DNA of 64,000 nucleotides from an uncultured bacterium (GTDB lineage Bacteria; Eisenbacteria; RBG-16-71-46; CAIMUX01): NCBI GenBank assembly GCA_964473865.1, contig CAYYQN010000003.1, positions 2,545 to 66,544 of the forward strand, read 5' to 3'. Shown piece by piece: positions 19,106 to 28,600 of this stretch (position 1 is its first letter; each line of letters starts with the position of its first letter). The notes under the pieces were generated by a model. It saw only the letters and a program-made list of their open reading frames with translations, ran no database searches and was not told where the DNA came from. The position numbers and the translations under genes were made by a program.

Positions 19106-19755
19106 GGCCGGTCCTCCTCAATGACGCGGTTGGGAAGCTCGTCGGTTCCGCCGATCGTGACCGGAGCCGTGGCGGCCAGGAGCTCCTCCAACCGCACCAG
19201 ACCCGCCTCCAGGGCCGCCGCCACCCCGGAATCCTTCATGGCAGACGTCATCACGGAGACGATCTCCGCGATCGCCCCGGAGTCGAGGCGTGCCGCGATC
19301 CCGGCATCCGGGAGCACGACGACACGCCGCTCGAACAAGCCCACGAGAAGCAGCACACCGGATCGCCCCCGGGTCGACACCAGATTGCGGGACACGAAGA
19401 GAGACTGCGCGTACTGCATCGACTCCGCCTCGGCCCGGTGACGGTCGAGGAAGAGCCGGGCGAATCCGGGGACGAGCACGGTCAACAGGGCGCAAGCCGC
19501 CCCCGACGCGAGAGTCGCCGCCACGTTGAAGAGCACCGTCGTATCCGAAGTCCAACTGGGCCGAAGCACGTCCCGCACGCACGCCAGCAGCCCGGCGACC
19601 GCCACGCCCAGGGCGAAGGCCTTCCACGGAAGCTCCGGATATGAGTCGCAGCGTCGCGCGACCGCGAGAACGATCTGCGCGCCGGTCCTTCTCTCAGCCT
19701 CCGCGACGCGGCGGTCGAGTTCCTGCCGTTCCCGATCCTCAAGTGTCCTTCGCAT
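19102..19755 (-). CDS. short TPM-domain membrane protein (partner of the YgcG-like gene)
   Basis: ELDRRVAEAERRTGAQIVLAV ... RSGVLLLVGLFERRVVVLPDAGIAARLDSGAIAEI matches the start and core of a TPM domain. Two TM helices are inserted. It is translationally coupled to the downstream TPM gene. Confidence 0.55.
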   Translation of the reverse strand: MRRTLEDRERQELDRRVAEAERRTGAQIVLAVARRCDSYPELPWKAFALGVAVAGLLACVRDVLRPSWTSDTTVLFNVAATLASGAACALLTVLVPGFARLFLDRHRAEAESMQYAQSLFVSRNLVSTRGRSGVLLLVGLFERRVVVLPDAGIAARLDSGAIAEIVSVMTSAMKDSGVAAALEAGLVRLEELLAATAPVTIGGTDELPNRVIEEDRP

Positions 19756-19813
19756 GCGGCGACTTTACCTTGGCAGTCAAGAACCGGCAACGGACCTTCG
19801 CCCCTTGTTGCGA

Positions 19814-22246
19814 TTACTGGATCTTCATGACCCTCGCCGTGGCCACCCGCTCGCGCATGCGTACCCGCAGGAAGTAGACGCCCGACGGCGCCTCGCCTCC
19901 CCCGACCGTCCGTCCATCCCAGGTCACCGCCAGAACCGGCCCCGCCTTTCCGGTCATCCCCTCCCCGACTTCCAGGCGCCGCAGGAGGCGTCCCGTCACG
20001 TCCCAGATCTCGACGGCACCCGCCGTCAGGGGCGCGGTCGACTCGATGCGGAGCGAGACCACCGATCGAAACGGACACGGCTCCGCGGTGAGCTCAAGCC
20101 GGTCCGATCCGCCCGGTACTTCCGTCGTCGACCCGGTTCCGCCAAGCGGCACCAGCATGAGCGTTGCCGACCTGGCCGGCAGGTCGATCGAGAACGATGG
20201 GCCGGGCACCGCGAAATCTCCCACCGGACCCAGGGCGGAGCTCGCATCGAAACGGTAGAGCGGGGCCGCACCCGCGACGGCCCCCGCCACGGTCACCTGC
20301 GTGGCCAAGACCATAGCCGCCTTATTGAACAGCAAGAGCGCGAGGCTGCCCTCGTCTCGCAGGATGGCATAGCTGCCTACCTGATCCACATCGGAACTCT
20401 GCGCGCGCACGCTCTGACCCAGCAGGCGCCCACCCGCCCCGTCATAGTCGAGATAGAGCCGATAGGCTTCGCGAACCTTCGACGGAAGTTCTGGAGCGAC
20501 CCAGCGCGTGGCAAGATCCACTCCTTCGCGGCCGAAGATGGCCAGGGCCTCCGCTTGCGCGAGCGCACTCGAAATCCCTTGATCACCGCCCCAGTTGTAT
20601 TCCGTGATCGCGAGCTTGACCCCGGGACAGCGCGCCGCGATCCACTCCTTCATCCGTGGAATCAACCGGACCGGCTGTCCGATCCAAGACTCATCAACGT
20701 AGTCGGGATCATAGAGGCTGCGCAGTGAACGCAGACGCAACGCCGCAACGGATTCGTCATCATTGAGCGCCACTCCGAGCGCCTGGGGATAGTAGTGGAC
20801 ATCGAGGTAGTCGATCGGCCGCGAACCGGTCTGCAGCTCCCGCTCGCGGTTCTGCTGCAGGTACCACTCGAGCAGGGGCAGGCCGTCGTGCGCGGCCATG
20901 TCGGGACCGGGGGTGCAACCGTCCAGCGCGGAGTAGAAGTACGCGCACCATCCCCAGACCACCGGTCCGAGGACTTCGGCCGCCGGGTCGACCGACTTGA
21001 TCGCCTCGGCGTAGATCTGCGTGTAGGCCCACAGCCCGTCCAGATCCAGGGGATCGGGATGCACGTCGCGATGCGTGCTGTTCCAGAGCATCGGTTCATT
21101 GTCCAGGGCGTAGAACCGAACGCCGTTCGTCCCGGCGCCGCCCAGCCGGCCGATGATGTGCTCCAGCCAATCGGTGACGAAGGAGGGTCCGATTTCCACC
21201 GAAGTGTCGTGGGGGTCGTTGCCGGTCACCGGGGAGCCGTCGACCCAGATTCCATTCCCGGCGTCCGCCTCGCACCAGGATGGCCACCCGCTGGCCGTGC
21301 ACTCGTTCTCCTGCTGGTCCCCATACGCCGCGATCGAGAAACCCCATCGCTTCACGCGGTCCCGCGCCGTCCAGCCGATGGTGGGAACGGTCACCAGCGC
21401 GACGGCGCCCGCTCCTATGGTCTCGTCCATCCAGGAGTCAGCCGAGGAACCGTCCGGCAGGCCCGTGCTGTCCGGACCCTCCGGCAGGTTGATGTAGAAC
21501 CAGTCGGAAGCGTGGTTCGTCGCATCCTTCCGCCAGTTGTAGCGTGTGACCGCGTTGCCGCCCCAGCGGCGGACGGTATACCCGAGCGAGCCGAACTCCG
21601 CACCGCTGCCCAGGCTCACGCCGTAGATCAACGGGTTGATCGGTCGCCGATCGGCTCCGGGGTCGACGCTGATTGTGACCGGCGGTGGCGGGCCCGCCGT
21701 GTCGAGCAGGACGAGGTCGTCGAGGTAGACGGTCGGCTGCGTACCCGCCGCATCAGCCTGCAGGACAAGCCCGTCGATCGTCCCGCTCAAGACCCCCATC
21801 GCCGCGAACGGGATTGTGGCCGGGACCCACGACCCAGCCGGAATCGCGCCCCCCGGAATGAAGTCGGTGAGAGGTGCGTCCGCGAGGTAGGCCTGGTTGC
21901 GATACAGGTAGAAGCGGAGCTGCTGGCCCCCGTCCGCGCCTCCGTGGACCCAGAGCGTCAGGACGCCGTTTGCTGCCACCGAGATCCCTGGGTGATGGAA
22001 GTAGAGCCCGGACCAGCCGGCCGGCTCCATGGAGATCGCAAAGGTGCCGGCATGGACAGGCGCCGTGGCCTGAAGGTCGTGTGTCGCCCAGCTCCAGTCT
22101 GCGAACGGGCTCTGCAGCGCGTCGTCGTACACCGTCATGGTTGCCGCCTCCGCCCCGCCCCCACCTCGCACCAAGGCAAGGACGACCAGAAGGCACGGAA
22201 ACCGCATCGGGCCAGACCTCATTTGACCAACGAACTTCCTCTTCAT
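19814..22246 (-). CDS. secreted TIM-barrel glycoside hydrolase, probably GH44, with N-terminal beta-sandwich and T9SS-type CTD
   Basis: RBS GGGAGGA, signal peptide MRFPCLLVVLALV. Motifs RRWGGNAVTRYNW, FYALDNEPMLW (acid/base-type NEP) and ITEYNWGG (nucleophile-type TE). The CTD is EPCPFRSVVSLRI...GRLLRRLEV...WDGRTVGGGEAPSGVYFLRVR. The GH44 assignment is from memory of the family signature. Confidence 0.6.
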   Translation of the reverse strand: MKRKFVGQMRSGPMRFPCLLVVLALVRGGGGAEAATMTVYDDALQSPFADWSWATHDLQATAPVHAGTFAISMEPAGWSGLYFHHPGISVAANGVLTLWVHGGADGGQQLRFYLYRNQAYLADAPLTDFIPGGAIPAGSWVPATIPFAAMGVLSGTIDGLVLQADAAGTQPTVYLDDLVLLDTAGPPPPVTISVDPGADRRPINPLIYGVSLGSGAEFGSLGYTVRRWGGNAVTRYNWRKDATNHASDWFYINLPEGPDSTGLPDGSSADSWMDETIGAGAVALVTVPTIGWTARDRVKRWGFSIAAYGDQQENECTASGWPSWCEADAGNGIWVDGSPVTGNDPHDTSVEIGPSFVTDWLEHIIGRLGGAGTNGVRFYALDNEPMLWNSTHRDVHPDPLDLDGLWAYTQIYAEAIKSVDPAAEVLGPVVWGWCAYFYSALDGCTPGPDMAAHDGLPLLEWYLQQNRERELQTGSRPIDYLDVHYYPQALGVALNDDESVAALRLRSLRSLYDPDYVDESWIGQPVRLIPRMKEWIAARCPGVKLAITEYNWGGDQGISSALAQAEALAIFGREGVDLATRWVAPELPSKVREAYRLYLDYDGAGGRLLGQSVRAQSSDVDQVGSYAILRDEGSLALLLFNKAAMVLATQVTVAGAVAGAAPLYRFDASSALGPVGDFAVPGPSFSIDLPARSATLMLVPLGGTGSTTEVPGGSDRLELTAEPCPFRSVVSLRIESTAPLTAGAVEIWDVTGRLLRRLEVGEGMTGKAGPVLAVTWDGRTVGGGEAPSGVYFLRVRMRERVATARVMKIQ

Positions 22247-22424
22247 CTTTCCCGATCCTCCCTGACGCTGGTCCCCGGCTGAGCATCGCGCACCCCTCCA
22301 GACGAGGGAACGTCTTTCTACAAGAAGTTTCGCGGCAATGACGTTTCCGGCGCCGCCTCCCCGCGCGGGACAGACCCAACCCTGCGACCGGGATGCCCAG
22401 AATCGCTGGTGCCGGCTTCCCGGC

Positions 22425-23612
22425 TCACCCCAGCGCGAGGCGCAGATAGTCGAAGACCTTTCCGTCGAGGATCACCTCGCGCAGGAACCCGGCCAGCTTG
22501 GCGTTGGCCAGAAGCTCCTCCAGCCGGCCCGAGCGGGCCATCTCCTTCAGTTCCCACTCGATCACGCCGGGCCTGAGCGAACGCCGCCGGTTGAACACTC
22601 TCTTCTGCGCCAGGAGCCACGCGGCGTAGCGCGACTGCGCTTCCCGCAGACGGCGCACCGGCCGGGCGCGCGCTGCGTAGAGGTCGATCATGTGCTGCAA
22701 GAGAACATGGACCTCGTCGTAGACCGGAAGGCGGCCGCGGTAGATCGCGTGCGGCATCCGGATCGGGAGCCCGGCCTCCTGTAACACGGCGGTTGCCCTC
22801 CGATGCACGTCATCGCTGTACGACGGTATCGGCGCGCCGGACGGACGGTCCTCGCCGTAGAGATGCTGGTACCGCGGCACCAGGTCGGGACGAAAGGTGC
22901 GCAGCCTCTCGAAGAAGAGCTGCTTCTGCCTTCCGGGGCGAAGGGTCAATCCTCCCGGCAGGACGAAGTCCACATCCATCGCCCGGAGTCCCTCGGCCAG
23001 GGCCCGGAGCTGGTCGTCCCCGTCGGAGAGGCCAGGCAAGAACGGCATGGCGGCCACCCCGGTCACACATCCCTGCGCCTTGAAGGCCGCCAGGGCGTCC
23101 AGCCGCTCGTCTACGGTACTGGCTCCGGGTTCGAAGGCGCTCCGCACTTCCTCATCCAGCGTCATCAGCGAAACCATGAAGGTGAAACCCGCCCGCCGGT
23201 CGACCTCCAGCCAGAGGTCCAGATCGCGCCGGGCGAGGTGTGACTTGGTCAACACCGTTACGGGCAGCGCCCGATCGGCCAGGATGCGCGCGCACGATCG
23301 CATGAGCTTCTCCTCAGCCTCCGGAGGCTGATACGCGTCGCTCACTCCCGAGCCGATGAATACGATGCCCCGCTCGCGCTGCCTGCCCAGATCCTCTTCC
23401 AGGACCGCCGCAATGTTCGTGCGGATGACGATGTCCCGATCAAACTCGCCTTCAATGAAATACCGCTCGGCTCGGCCGTCGCAGTAGACGCAGCCATGCG
23501 CGCATGCTTGATAGGGCGACATGGAGAACTTGCCCACGAAGTACGAATCGACGAGATCCCGCCGGCGAAGCGCCGCCTTGACTTCGCGACGATGGAGGCA
23601 AAGACCCGTCAT
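22425..23612 (-). CDS. radical SAM protein of the SPL / DNA-repair-photolyase-like family (COG1533-like)
   Basis: MSPYQACAHGCVYCDG carries the CxxxCxxC cluster motif near the N-terminus, as in SplB-like proteins. It is ~395 aa from the MTGLCL start. The 694-aa listed ORF is a Pro/Arg-rich upstream read-through. Confidence 0.65.
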   Translation of the reverse strand: MTGLCLHRREVKAALRRRDLVDSYFVGKFSMSPYQACAHGCVYCDGRAERYFIEGEFDRDIVIRTNIAAVLEEDLGRQRERGIVFIGSGVSDAYQPPEAEEKLMRSCARILADRALPVTVLTKSHLARRDLDLWLEVDRRAGFTFMVSLMTLDEEVRSAFEPGASTVDERLDALAAFKAQGCVTGVAAMPFLPGLSDGDDQLRALAEGLRAMDVDFVLPGGLTLRPGRQKQLFFERLRTFRPDLVPRYQHLYGEDRPSGAPIPSYSDDVHRRATAVLQEAGLPIRMPHAIYRGRLPVYDEVHVLLQHMIDLYAARARPVRRLREAQSRYAAWLLAQKRVFNRRRSLRPGVIEWELKEMARSGRLEELLANAKLAGFLREVILDGKVFDYLRLALG

Positions 23613-23689
23613 GGGAGAAGTATACCCTTCCCGTCCCGCCGCCCTCTTCGGGATTGACGTTCCACGTCTGATTCGGCTGATATCAGCCC

Positions 23690-25570
23690 ATGGCCACGCA
23701 CATTCTTCGATGGAGACTCTTCCTGGTCGCGGCGGTCGGGGCGGTGTCCGCGGATCTCGCCGCCGCGCCATCCGCCTCAGCACCCCCGTCGATCGAGATC
23801 CTGAAGACCCTGCGTCCCAACCATCCACGCCTGCTGCTGTCGGAAAGCGAGTTCGCCCTGCTCCCGGAGCGAGTCCGCGGCGACTCGCTGCTGGCATCGT
23901 GGGCAACGAAGCTGGCGCACGATGCCGAGGAGATCCTGGTTGTGTCTCCCGCGGAGTACGCCCGCCCCGACGGAGTGCGGCTGCTCGACGTCGGCCGCCA
24001 GGTGAAGGAACGCGTCCTGACGCTGGCTCTGGCCTACCGGCTGACCGGCAACCGTCAGTTTGCCGACCGCGCATGGAACGAGCTGGAGGCCGCGGGCGGG
24101 TTTCCGGACTGGAATCCGTCGCACTTCCTGGACACTGCGGAGATGACCGCGGTCTTCGCCTTGGCCTACGATTGGTTGTTCGAGGTGTGGACGCCGGAGC
24201 AACAGGCTTTCCTGCGCCGTGCGATCGTGGAGATGGGCCTGCGACCTGCCTGGAAGCGCTATCAGAATCGTACCCCTCGCGGCTGGCCCAGCCGGGCCGA
24301 CAACTGGAACCTGGTCTGCAACGGAGGGATCGGCCTGGGAGCCCTGGCCGTGGCCGAGTGGGAACCGGAATTGGCGGGCGCCGTCCTGGACGAAGCGCTT
24401 CGGTCAGTCCGGCCCGCCATGCGCGAGTTTGCGCCCGAGGGCGCCTGGCCGGAGGGTCCTCACTACTGGCTCTACGGAACGACGTACAACGTCCTTCTGC
24501 TCGCCGCACTGGAATCGGCCCTCGGCACCGACTTCGGCCTGACCACGATCCCCGGGTTTGCCGCGTGTGGGCGGTACGCGATCCACGTCCAAGGGCCCAC
24601 CGGCGACAGTTACAACTACTCCGACGCGGTGGCCCAGCCCATCCACGCTCCGCAGATGCTCTGGTTGGCCCGCGTATTCAATCAGCCCTGGTTCGCGGCG
24701 CGCCAGCTACAGATCGCCGGACCGGAACCGCTGGACCTGGTGTACCTCTCGCAGAACCCGCCGCGCGGAGCCATCATCGCGGAACCACTCGATGCCTGGT
24801 TCCGGCGCGCCGAGTTTGCCTCGTTCCGCGGCGATTGGACGGATCCGGACGCCACCTGGATCGGTTTCAAGGCGGGCGACAACAAGGCAAGCCACAGCCA
24901 CCTCGATCTCGGCAGCTTCGTCCTTGAGGCGCTCGGGACTCGCTGGGCGGTCGATCCGGGCCGGGATGACTACAACCTGCCCGGCTACTTCGGCGATCAG
25001 CGCTGGGACTACTACCGGCTCCGAGCCGAGGGGCACAACACGCTTGTCATCAACCCCGGGCCCGGGCCGGACCAGGACCCGTCAGCCGCCGCGCCGATCG
25101 TGCGTTTCGCGTCGCGACCAGACTACTCGTTCGCCATCGCCGACCTCTCCGCGGCCTATGCGCGCGATGCCCATCACGTACGGCGGGGGATCGCCCTCCG
25201 GCAACGAAAGGAGGTCCTGGTCGAGGACGAGTGGCGCCTCCGGAGGCCCGGTGAGGTCTGGTGGTTCCTGCACACCGAAGCCCGGATTGAGCTCGGGGCG
25301 GCCGGCTCTTCCGCCATGCTGAGCGAGAGTCGCAATCGGATGGCGGTCCGCATCCTCTCTCCCACCGGAGCGACTTTCTCGACTCGGTCCGCAGAACCGT
25401 TGCCCGACAGCCCTCACCCGATGAAGCAGGCCTCCAACAAGGGCTCGGTGCTCTGCATCCGGATCCCGGGGACGAAGGAGGCCCGTCTTGCGGTGCTGTT
25501 CCGACCCCTGGTGGAGGGTGAGTCCGAGCCGGCTTCCCGGCCGGCGGTCGCGCCGCTGGAATCCTGGTAG
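23690..25570 (+). CDS. secreted heparinase II/III-like polysaccharide lyase family protein
   Basis: Signal peptide LFLVAAVGAVSADLAAA. N-terminal alginate-lyase-like alpha/alpha toroid region. C-terminal HSHLDLGSFVLEALGTRWAVDPG segment typical of the heparinase II/III fold. Confidence 0.7.
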   Translation: MATHILRWRLFLVAAVGAVSADLAAAPSASAPPSIEILKTLRPNHPRLLLSESEFALLPERVRGDSLLASWATKLAHDAEEILVVSPAEYARPDGVRLLDVGRQVKERVLTLALAYRLTGNRQFADRAWNELEAAGGFPDWNPSHFLDTAEMTAVFALAYDWLFEVWTPEQQAFLRRAIVEMGLRPAWKRYQNRTPRGWPSRADNWNLVCNGGIGLGALAVAEWEPELAGAVLDEALRSVRPAMREFAPEGAWPEGPHYWLYGTTYNVLLLAALESALGTDFGLTTIPGFAACGRYAIHVQGPTGDSYNYSDAVAQPIHAPQMLWLARVFNQPWFAARQLQIAGPEPLDLVYLSQNPPRGAIIAEPLDAWFRRAEFASFRGDWTDPDATWIGFKAGDNKASHSHLDLGSFVLEALGTRWAVDPGRDDYNLPGYFGDQRWDYYRLRAEGHNTLVINPGPGPDQDPSAAAPIVRFASRPDYSFAIADLSAAYARDAHHVRRGIALRQRKEVLVEDEWRLRRPGEVWWFLHTEARIELGAAGSSAMLSESRNRMAVRILSPTGATFSTRSAEPLPDSPHPMKQASNKGSVLCIRIPGTKEARLAVLFRPLVEGESEPASRPAVAPLESW

Positions 25571-25685
25571 TCGAGACCAGGCCGGCGACCGGATATCACT
25601 CCACGGAGTGAGGACTCTCGCGGCCGACTTCGCGCGCGGCACCGATCGAACGCCGGCGGGAACGAGCCACCGAACGCGCTTCGTT

Positions 25686-28600
25686 TCAAGATGCTCGAGC
25701 CGGACCTTCGTGCACGACTCGCCCGCCCCCCGTGCCACCGGCGGGGCCCAACTCGACGATCCAATCGGCCGCCGCGAGGAGGTCGGTATGATGCTCCACC
25801 ACGACGACAAGATGGCCGGCGCCGGCTAGCCGCCGCAATGCAGCCACCAGGCGGTCGACATCCTCGAAACCCAGACCCCGGGTCGGTTCGTCAAGAAGGA
25901 GAGCCACCGGAGTCGCGTGCGGCTCCGCCAGAAGTCGGGCCAGCCGGATGCGCTGCCGCTCGCCTTGCGAGAGCGTCATACCCTCCTGGCCGAGACGCAG
26001 ATAGCCCAGGCCGATCTCGACCAGGGCTCGCAGGCGCTTGGTCGCCGCACGATCATGGTCGAACCATCCGGCCGTCTCCCGTAGGGGGGCGTCGAGCAGT
26101 TCCGTGATGTTCCGGCCGTCGACCCGACAGGCCAGGATCTCTTCCGAGAACCGGCGCCCCCCGCAGGTCTCGCAGCCAACGGTGACATCGGGCAGCAGGT
26201 CCATGGACACCGTAATGACACCGCGCCCCGCGCAGGCTTCACAGCGACCGCCGGCAGATGAAGACGAGAACGATCGCGCGGAGAGCCCCCGCGCTCTGGC
26301 CTGCGGACTCGTCGCGAACCGCCGGCGAATCACCTCACCCACATCGGTGAGGGAGGCCACGGTACTGGCCGCGGTGAGCGCGAGTCCTTCCTGATCGGAG
26401 CAGAGCACATCCGAGATCGGCATGTGGAGTTCGAGGTACCGGCAGCCGATCGGCGCCTGTCCACGCAGAGCGGCCCGCAATGAGGGCGCCAACACCTCCA
26501 TCACCAGGGTCGACTTCCCGCTGCCCGACACTCCCGCAACAACCACCAAGACGCCAATCGGGAAGGTCACCTCCAGGTCGTGCAGCGTGTGGCGGAATGC
26601 CCCATGAATCGTGACGCCGGGATCGAAGGTTCGCGCGAGTGGGGGCACGCTCGGCGCCGCGTGACGCAGCAGCCGCGCCGTGTAGGTGAGAGCATTGTCC
26701 CGGAGTGCGCTCGGTGGACCGCAGGCGACCAGTTGGCCGCCCTCCGCGCCGGCTCCCGGACCCAGTTCAAGGATCTGATCCGCCGCGGCCACGAACTCAG
26801 CATCGTGCTCCACGACCACCACGGCATTCCCGGCGGCCGCCAGCCCCTTCAGGACGCCGATGAGCCGCGCCGTATCTCGCGGATGGAGCCCCTGGGTAGG
26901 CTCGTCCAGGACATAGGTCGCGCCGACCAGCCCGCCTCCCAGGGCGGCCGCGAGTCGGACACGCTGGGCCTCTCCTCCGGAGAGAGTGGCCTGCTCTCGA
27001 TCCGGAGCCAGATACCCCAGGCCGGCATCACAGAGCGCCTGTAGGCGCCGGAGTAACTCGTCGCGGACCGGCCGCGTGATTGCCAGGTACGGCACGCGGC
27101 TCGCCTTCTTCGCCGCATCTTCTGCGGTCCCGCTCTGATCACCGGGTCCGCGACGCGCACCGGGCCGCTCAAGCCCGGCAGATCTCTCCGCGTCCTCGAT
27201 GCCGCTAAGCCACGCGACCAGATGATCCGCATCCAGCCGCCGGGCTTCCGGAATGCGCAGCCCGGCAAGAGACACGGCCCGCGCCGCGGGCTTCAAACGT
27301 TCTCCGTCACAGGTTTCACAGATCTGATCCACCAACAGCGGCTCCAGCTCCTCGCTTCTCTCATCGGCATGGATCCGTTCGTACTCGTTCTCCACCAGGC
27401 GAGCCAGGCCCGTCCACGGAGACACGAATCGATGCGTCCCGGCCCGCTTCCCGCGCCGGTACTCCCACGCCACCTCAAAGGTCCGATTCCCCGCGCCATG
27501 CATCGCCAGGTGCTGGGCCGCCGGAGTCAGCTCCCGCCAGGGCCCGGAGACGTCCAGACCGAGCTCGGTCGCCGCGGCCCGCAACGCCGCCAGGTGTTGG
27601 CCATCGGCCTCGCCGAGATAGGCGCCGAACCGGGTGCCCGCGAGCGCCCCGTCGTGCAGCGGCCGATCAATATGGGTCACCAGCCGAGCGGGATCGCAGA
27701 CTTGCGTGAAACCGAGGCCGCGGCAGGCGGGGCAGGCCCCCCGCTCACTGTGGGGAGAGAAGTCTACGGCCCACATCGGCTCGAGGAGTTCGCCGCACGC
27801 GCAGGCAGCTCCGCTGGTCTCTTGCTCGCACGCCGGGCAGCGCCGTACGCCCCCGCGCGCAAAGAGCAGGCGCAGGAGTTCGTCCACCTCCGTGACGGTG
27901 CCCACGGTCGCACGGGGATTGCGCCGTCCCGCCTGCGCGGGCACCGCAACGGCAGCGCGCAGGCCGTGCACCGATGCGGTTTCCGCTGCTCCCCGCATCG
28001 GGAGAAGACGGCGCGCCCACGGGGAGACCATGTCCGCGAATCGCGCCTGGGACTCGGCCAGAAGCGTGTCAAACACCAAGGAGGACTTCCCGGAGCCCGA
28101 TGGGCCCGTGACAACCGTGAGCCCCGGAAACGGAATCGACACGTCGATTCCCCGCAGGTTGTGCGTGGTGACACCCCGTAGTTCCAGGGGTACCTCCGCA
28201 CCTGAATCCTCCGCGGCGGCCCGCCCGGCCCCGGTCTCGCCGGTGGCCTCCGCGTCCGTCGGGACGAGCCCGCCGCGCGCCGCCTCGATGCTCCGAGCCG
28301 GCCAACCTGGCGCGTCTCCGGCCTGGAGCCGGAATCCATCGCGCAACGCCCCCCCGGTGGGAGCATCCGGACACGCCTCGATCTCCACAGGCGTCCCTGC
28401 GGCAATCACCCGGCCGCCGTCCGGTCCGCTATCGGGACCCAACTCGGTGATCCGGTCGGCGGCGCGGACCAGATCCGGATCGTGGTCCACCACCAGCAAC
28501 GTGTGCCCCGCTTCACAGAGCCGGTCGAACGCGGCCAGCAGCACGGCGACATCCGCCGCGTGCAGCCCGGTGCTCGGCTCATCCAAGGCGATGAGCGTAG

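Noticed and set aside
22425-24509. 694-aa version of the radical SAM ORF
   Set aside because: The upstream 300 aa are Pro/Arg-rich and overlap the divergent heparinase gene. The conserved protein starts at MTGLCL (~23612).
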